Positions 27,179-32,000 of a stretch of 32,000 nucleotides of DNA are shown here, in pieces. Where the stretch lies: contig FP565575.1 of the NCBI GenBank assembly GCA_000091165.1, positions 2,720,855-2,752,854 on the forward strand, given 5' to 3'. Made by a program: the position numbers and the translations under genes. Under the pieces are notes generated by a model, which saw nothing but the letters and a program-made list of their open reading frames with translations, was not told the origin of the DNA and did no database searches. Every line of letters begins with the position of its first letter. The first letter of the stretch is position 1. This stretch comes from Candidatus Methylomirabilis oxygeniifera (GTDB taxonomy: Bacteria > Methylomirabilota > Methylomirabilia > Methylomirabilales > Methylomirabilaceae).

Positions 27179-28636
27179 TCAGATACGCTGGGCGAGGCCC
27201 TCCCGTTCAATACGGTGCAGTCGATAGGAGATGTTGGTTTCACCGCAGGACCTGCTGGAGGGCAAGAGCTTGCCGGGGTTGCACCGTGAAGAGCTGTCGA
27301 ATGCCGCACGAACCCTCCGCATTGCCTCAAGGTCGTCGGGGCTGTACATGAGGGGAATGAAGTCGATCTTCTCCATCCCGATCCCATGCTCCCCCGTGAT
27401 GCTGCCGCCGACCGAGAGACAGAGCCTCATGATCTCCGCCCCGGCTGCAAAGGCCCTCTGCAACTCCCCTTCCCTGCGAGAGTCGAAACAGATCAGGGGA
27501 TGGAGGTTCCCGTCACCCGCGTGGAATACATTCGCAATCACGCAGGCATGGCGCTCCGCGATCGCCTCGACCTCCCTGAGCACCCGCGGAAGTGTAGTCC
27601 TCGGGACGACGCCATCCTGCAGGTAAAATTCGTGGGTGATCCGGCCCACGGCCGCAACCGCGCCCTTCCGTCCCCTCCAGAGCAAAGCCCGCTCCTGTTC
27701 ATCCATGGCGATCCGCAGGTCCAGGGCGCCGCACCGGTTACAAATCTGCGTAATCTGCTTCGTCTGGGCCTCGATCTCTGCGGCCGGCCCATCCAGTTCT
27801 ATCAGCAGCACCGCGCCGGCGCCTTCAGGGTAACCGATATGCAACCACTCTTCAAGCGCCCTGATGATGTGTCGATCCATCATCTCCAGGGCGGCAGGGA
27901 TGATGCCGGCAGCAATGATCTCCGATACCACCTCGCTCGCCGCGTCGATGGTGCGGAAGGAGGCCAGCAGGGTCTTCACGGCCTCGGCCTGGCGGAGGAG
28001 GCGAACGGTCACCTTCGTGGCGATCCCCAAGGTCCCTTCAGAGCCGGCGAACAGGCCGGTTAGGTCGTAGCCTGGGCAGTCCAGCGTCTTGCCGCCGACC
28101 TGGACAATCTCCCCCGATGCCAGGACCACCTCGAGCCCGAGGATATGCGTTGTCGTAGTCCCGTACTTCAGGCAGTGGGGTCCTCCGGCGTTCTCGGCCA
28201 CATTGCCGCCGATACTGGAGGCGGCCTGGCTAGCCGGGTCCGGGGCAAAATAGTGGCTGTGATCCTGAACCGCCTGGGTCAGGGCGAGGTTCACCAGGCC
28301 CGGCTCTACGATAGCCCGCTGATTCGGGATATCAATCTCCAATATCCGATTCATGCGATTCAGTCCGATGATCACCCCGCCGGAAACGGCAATAGCGCCG
28401 CCAGACAGCCCGGTTCCCGCTCCACGCGGCAGAAAGGGAAGCTGCTCCCTGCCACAAAGCTTTACAACCGCGACGACCTGCTCTGTATTATCCGGAAGGA
28501 CCACAACATCGGGCATGGCCTTCTCCAGATAGGTCATCCCGTCACACTCGTATACGGTCAACTCATCCGGATCGGAGATCACCCACTCCGGGCCTACAAT
28601 AGCCGCCAGCTCTTTGACGATCCTTGGTTTCTCCAT
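27179..28636 (-). CDS. glcD: FAD-linked oxidase, glycolate oxidase subunit GlcD-like
   Basis: VVAVVKLCGREQLPFLPRGAGTGLSGGAIAVSGGVIIGLNRMNRIL...GNVAENAGGPHCLKYGTT...NVFHAGDGNLHPLICFD...SVGGSITGEHGIG. Confidence 0.92.
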   Translation of the reverse strand: MEKPRIVKELAAIVGPEWVISDPDELTVYECDGMTYLEKAMPDVVVLPDNTEQVVAVVKLCGREQLPFLPRGAGTGLSGGAIAVSGGVIIGLNRMNRILEIDIPNQRAIVEPGLVNLALTQAVQDHSHYFAPDPASQAASSIGGNVAENAGGPHCLKYGTTTTHILGLEVVLASGEIVQVGGKTLDCPGYDLTGLFAGSEGTLGIATKVTVRLLRQAEAVKTLLASFRTIDAASEVVSEIIAAGIIPAALEMMDRHIIRALEEWLHIGYPEGAGAVLLIELDGPAAEIEAQTKQITQICNRCGALDLRIAMDEQERALLWRGRKGAVAAVGRITHEFYLQDGVVPRTTLPRVLREVEAIAERHACVIANVFHAGDGNLHPLICFDSRREGELQRAFAAGAEIMRLCLSVGGSITGEHGIGMEKIDFIPLMYSPDDLEAMRRVRAAFDSSSRCNPGKLLPSSRSCGETNISYRLHRIEREGLAQRI

Positions 28637-28656
28637 GCTTGCCTATACCCTATCTT

Positions 28657-30018
28657 TCAGATTCCGCCCACGAAGCGACCAGGGCTGAGACACCCGAAGG
28701 GGTCAAACTGTTGCTTTAATTCGCGCATCAGAGGCAGGGCGTCGCCGACGGGACCCCATACATCGACGGCGGCCTTAATCGCCGACGGCGCCGACAGGAT
28801 GACCAGACTTCCACCATGACGTACCACCCAATGCCGAAGTTCGTCGATCCCCTTCGCGATAGAGATCGGATCCGGCTCCGTGACGCCCGGTGCGCCCCTC
28901 CAGTACAGCCGGACGATCCCGCAGCCGGCTTCAGAGATGGCGGCCGACTCCAGGCCGAGATGCCGGGCCAGCGTTTCGGCATGGTAGATCGTATCAACAA
29001 CGTGCGTCGGCAGCACGCCGGCCTTCAGCATCGCCCACGGCCGACCATCGGTGCTTGCTGAGGAAAAATTGCAGATGGCGCTCCACAGGCTGTCTTGCGC
29101 GCTCCCCTCTACGAGAAATTCTGTCACGGCGCCCTCCTGGCGACAAAGCTTTCCGATGGCCGCGATCTGGGTGTCCACCGCCTCAGGCACACTCCCCACC
29201 GACACAGCCACCGCGACGGTCCCCTCCGGAAACGCACAGCCGGCCTGTCTGCCGACCGGTTGCGCCGCAACGGACGAGAGAAGCTCGATCCTGGTGCAGA
29301 CGATGGTCGAGTGGAGGATCTGAGCCAGCGCGCAGGCGGCCGATTCGCCCGTCGGGAACAATGCGATCCAGGTGTGCTCTACGGCCGGCAATGGGTAGAG
29401 TCTGAAGGTCGCCTCAAGAATAATTCCAAGCGTTCCCAGCGAGCCGACGTAGAGTTTGTTTATATCGTACCCGCTGACGTTCTTCACCACCTTCGTGCCG
29501 CCCTTCGTGATGGTGCCGTCCGCGTGAACGATGCGAATCCCGATGACCAGGTCGCGAGCGGTTCCATACCGCTGTCGCCATGGGCCGCTCGCATTGGTGG
29601 CAAGGATGCCCCCGATTGTTGCTCGCTCGTAGCCGGTAGGATCAAAGGGTAGAAACTGGCCGCTGGGGCGAAGAGATGCCTGAACGTCACGAAGCCGCAT
29701 CCCAGCCTGAACGGTCGCCGTCAGGTCGCCCGGTTCGTGATCGATGATCCGCGCGAGCCGCTTCAGCCCAACAACCAGATCGATCCTTGCAGGGATACCT
29801 CCAAGACCGATCTGTGTTCCACTCCCCCACGGAACGACCGAAAGTCGCTCGGACGACGCATACTTCATAACCTCTGCGAGTTCCTGCGCGTCTCCGGGAA
29901 AGGTAATCGCCTTTGGAGCCTGATCATCTACGGCATACGCAACGCAGGATGCCGTCGCCAGGACATGGTCTGCCCCGACGATTTCGGCCAGCCGCTCTGC
30001 CAGGCGTTCAGAAGTCAC
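28657..30018 (-). CDS. glcE: FAD-binding glycolate oxidase subunit GlcE-like
   Basis: VVPWGSGTQIGLGGIPARIDLVVGLKRLARIIDHEPGDLTATVQAGMRLRDVQASLRPSGQFLPFDP...IGGILATNASGPWRQRYGTARDLVIGIRIVHADG. Confidence 0.88.
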   Translation of the reverse strand: MTSERLAERLAEIVGADHVLATASCVAYAVDDQAPKAITFPGDAQELAEVMKYASSERLSVVPWGSGTQIGLGGIPARIDLVVGLKRLARIIDHEPGDLTATVQAGMRLRDVQASLRPSGQFLPFDPTGYERATIGGILATNASGPWRQRYGTARDLVIGIRIVHADGTITKGGTKVVKNVSGYDINKLYVGSLGTLGIILEATFRLYPLPAVEHTWIALFPTGESAACALAQILHSTIVCTRIELLSSVAAQPVGRQAGCAFPEGTVAVAVSVGSVPEAVDTQIAAIGKLCRQEGAVTEFLVEGSAQDSLWSAICNFSSASTDGRPWAMLKAGVLPTHVVDTIYHAETLARHLGLESAAISEAGCGIVRLYWRGAPGVTEPDPISIAKGIDELRHWVVRHGGSLVILSAPSAIKAAVDVWGPVGDALPLMRELKQQFDPFGCLSPGRFVGGI

Positions 30019-30020
30019 GC

Positions 30021-31388
30021 TTATAGGGCGCCTTCGTCCCGCATCAGGCGAAGTGCGGCCTTGAAGGCCAGGATGGTTTTCTCGATGTCCTTATCCGAGT
30101 GGGCTGCCGAGATCCACCCATGAAAGAGGGGGAAATCGACGCCGTGCAGGATCAGTGCGCACCGCAGCCGGTGATATGCCTCCTGGTTGGGATGGTCCAT
30201 GAGGAGGTGATGGTCGGGTGGAGAGTCGGGTCGGTGGAAGACAAGGCCATGACGGTGAGGCTCAAGGAAGAGGTTCACGATTGAAGATTCACCGTAGACA
30301 CACACATCTACTCCGAGCGTCGTAATGACCTCGGTAAGCCCGTTGCGCAAGATCTCTCCGGCACGATCGGTTCCGATCTGGATCTGGCCGTCGGCGAGAA
30401 GCCGGAGTGTCGCCAGACCGGCCGCCGCTGAGAGCGGATTCGCGTTAAAGGTCCCGGCATGCCACACCCGCTCTTCCCGATTCCAGGTCGGATCGTCCCT
30501 GAACGCCAACTGGTCCATGATCGAGGCGCTGCCGACTACGGCCCCGCCAGGCAGCCCCCCGGCCAGGATCTTGGCCAGCGTGGTCAGGTCTGCATAAATC
30601 CCATACCGCTGCTGGGCGCCGCCAGGGGCCAGGCGGAACCCGGTAATCACCTCGTCGAAGATCAGGACGATGCCTTGGGCTCGGGTGAATTCCCGGAGTC
30701 GTCTCAGGAAGTCGTGATTCGTGGGGATCGTACCGCAACTGCCGCCTTCCGGCTCCAGGATAACGCCGGCAACATCGTCCCTGCCCGAAACCAGCGCGAT
30801 GAACGCATCCCAGTCGTTCGGTGGGCAGATGAGAATCTCGTCAAGGGCGCCCTGCGGTACACCGGCGGAAACAGGCCGGTCAAAGGGCGGACGGATTGCG
30901 ACCGCCGCATAGTCGTGCCATCCATGAAAGTGGCCCTCGAACTTTACGATCTTACCCCGGCCTGTTGCAGCCCTGGCCAGCCGAATCGCCAGAAGCGTCG
31001 CCTCAGTCCCCGAGCCGACAAAGCGGACGCGTTCGGCACGGGGATTGAGTTTCAGCACCTGCTCGGCCCACTGCACCTCCAATTCGTGGCAGGCGCCGTA
31101 GTGGGTTCCGCGGTCAAGCTGGTTCGCAATGGCGCCTCGAACAGCCGGGTGCCCATGGCCAAGGATGAGCGCTCCGTGTCCTATCCAGTAGTCGATCAAC
31201 TCATGGCCATCGACATCCCACTTCCTGGAGCCGTGCGCCCGATCCACGTAGATGGGGAAGGGATGGAGATGCCGGATGTCGTGAGTCAGGCCGCCGGCAA
31301 TTGCCGCCCTGGCTTGCCGGAACAGAGACTCCGAGCGAGGATGGGCTCGGCGAAACTGCTCATAGATCGACGTCTCGGCCTTCTTCAA
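30021..31388 (-). CDS. PLP-dependent class III aminotransferase, glutamate-1-semialdehyde aminomutase-like
   Basis: YIDYWIG-type HELIDYWIGHGALILGHGHPAV, FVGSGTEATLLAIRLARAATGRGKIVKFEGHFHGWHD, LIFDEVITGFRLAPGGAQQRYGIYADLTTLAKILAGGLPGGAVVG. Confidence 0.88.
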   Translation of the reverse strand: MKKAETSIYEQFRRAHPRSESLFRQARAAIAGGLTHDIRHLHPFPIYVDRAHGSRKWDVDGHELIDYWIGHGALILGHGHPAVRGAIANQLDRGTHYGACHELEVQWAEQVLKLNPRAERVRFVGSGTEATLLAIRLARAATGRGKIVKFEGHFHGWHDYAAVAIRPPFDRPVSAGVPQGALDEILICPPNDWDAFIALVSGRDDVAGVILEPEGGSCGTIPTNHDFLRRLREFTRAQGIVLIFDEVITGFRLAPGGAQQRYGIYADLTTLAKILAGGLPGGAVVGSASIMDQLAFRDDPTWNREERVWHAGTFNANPLSAAAGLATLRLLADGQIQIGTDRAGEILRNGLTEVITTLGVDVCVYGESSIVNLFLEPHRHGLVFHRPDSPPDHHLLMDHPNQEAYHRLRCALILHGVDFPLFHGWISAAHSDKDIEKTILAFKAALRLMRDEGAL

Positions 31389-31624
31389 TCTTTTACCTGC
31401 TTCACCACAGCCTGTATGGCAGTTTCAAGTTTTGAGTTTCAAGTATCGAGTCCGAAAAAGATTTCTCGATTCCCGGAACATGAAACCCGAAACGCGACTC
31501 GGAAAACGTATCATGCCATCCGCTCTCTGTCAACGCGGCCGGACCTGCTGCGATCGTCCATATGGCCTGCGGCCGCACGAAGGCCGTATGGGCATTATTC
31601 CTGAGTGTTTTTCACAACTAAGTT

Positions 31625-31644
31625 ATAGTGATAATCATTACTAT
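31625..31644. promoter_or_regulatory. AT-rich inverted repeat with Fur-box-like core
   Basis: ATAGTgataatcattACTAT; central TGATAATCATTA matches the core of the classical Fur box. Confidence 0.3.
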
Positions 31645-31706
31645 CGCGTATTACACACAGATACCGTTAACTACAAAATGATTATTTTCACAAGCCCAGA
31701 AATGAC

Positions 31707-31735
31707 TTGACAGTCGGGGTGGGGTGGGCTAAAAG
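31707..31735 (+). promoter_or_regulatory. Candidate sigma70-type promoter upstream of the putative dnaA
   Basis: TTGACA (31707-31712), 17-nt spacer, TAAAAG (31730-31735). Confidence 0.3.
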
Positions 31736-31983
31736 AGACATCTCTTCAGCAACACAATGCCGATAATTGCGCATGAGACGCCGTTTTCCACAGTCAACCT
31801 TTCTTATGAACCTGTCAATTATCGGGGGCAACGGCCCCCTTTATAAGGCGGGACAGCCATTTACGCCTTATCCACACCTGTGGATAAATCTGTGGATAAG
31901 AGAAACCGCATCTGATACGGATTTCCAGGGAATCGTGAAGAGATTATTCAATGTATTCAACATGTTAGACAAGGAGGCTTCCT

Positions 31984-32000
31984 GTGGATAACAATGGTCA
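31984..32000 (+). CDS. dnaA: Putative dnaA start (partial, runs off the window)
   Basis: aaggagg SD (31971-31977), 6-nt spacing, GTG GAT AAC AAT GGT; located immediately after a DnaA-box cluster. Confidence 0.5.

Larger units (their letters stand above)
31620..31991. other. oriC: Putative chromosomal replication origin (oriC)
   Basis: Perfect DnaA boxes: TTATCCACA 31868-31876 and TGTGGATAA at 31879-31887, 31891-31899 and 31983-31991; AT-rich stretch 31616-31700. Confidence 0.72.

Noticed and set aside
30459-31604. 381-aa plus-strand ORF
   Set aside because: Antisense to the conserved aminotransferase; no recognisable domain.
31767-31991. 74-aa plus-strand ORF in the ORF track
   Set aside because: It runs through three DnaA boxes and ends in the fourth (TGTGGATAA provides its stop); composition and context fit a noncoding oriC better.
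1-32000. tRNA or rRNA genes
   Set aside because: No cloverleaf or conserved rRNA sequence recognised on reading either strand; a tRNAscan/Infernal run would be needed for certainty.

Overview
The window reads as an ordinary bacterial chromosomal segment, possibly NC10/Methylomirabilota-like (weak inference only). From left to right it holds: the 3' part of an RluD-type pseudouridine synthase; a REC-Cache/HAMP-PAS-GAF-GGDEF diguanylate cyclase; a SAM methyltransferase, alanine dehydrogenase and HAD phosphatase; a eukaryote-type cytosine deaminase; a small toxin-antitoxin pair; a LOG protein, endonuclease III and archease; an ECF sigma/anti-sigma/Spy-like/TolC/MacA/MacB-type efflux operon; an EF-hand protein; an IS3-type transposase remnant; a second MacB/MacA-type cluster; an OmpR/CpxA-like two-component system; and an aminotransferase-GlcE-GlcD cluster. 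The right end carries four perfect DnaA boxes and an SD+GTG start, which looks like oriC/dnaA. The most interesting item is absent from the ORF track: a 71-aa UXX-star/glutaredoxin-like selenoprotein at 8846..9061 (-) with an in-frame UGA (KDT-U-PYT). It sits in a likely three-gene operon with an uncharacterised 114-aa protein and an unannotated 38-aa membrane microprotein. Other items of note are a nested-palindrome MITE-like element, telomere-like G-rich intergenic tracts, an in-frame 7-nt tandem repeat inside rluD, and an intragenic duplication in the EF-hand gene. All calls come from reading the sequence; no database searches or folding were run.
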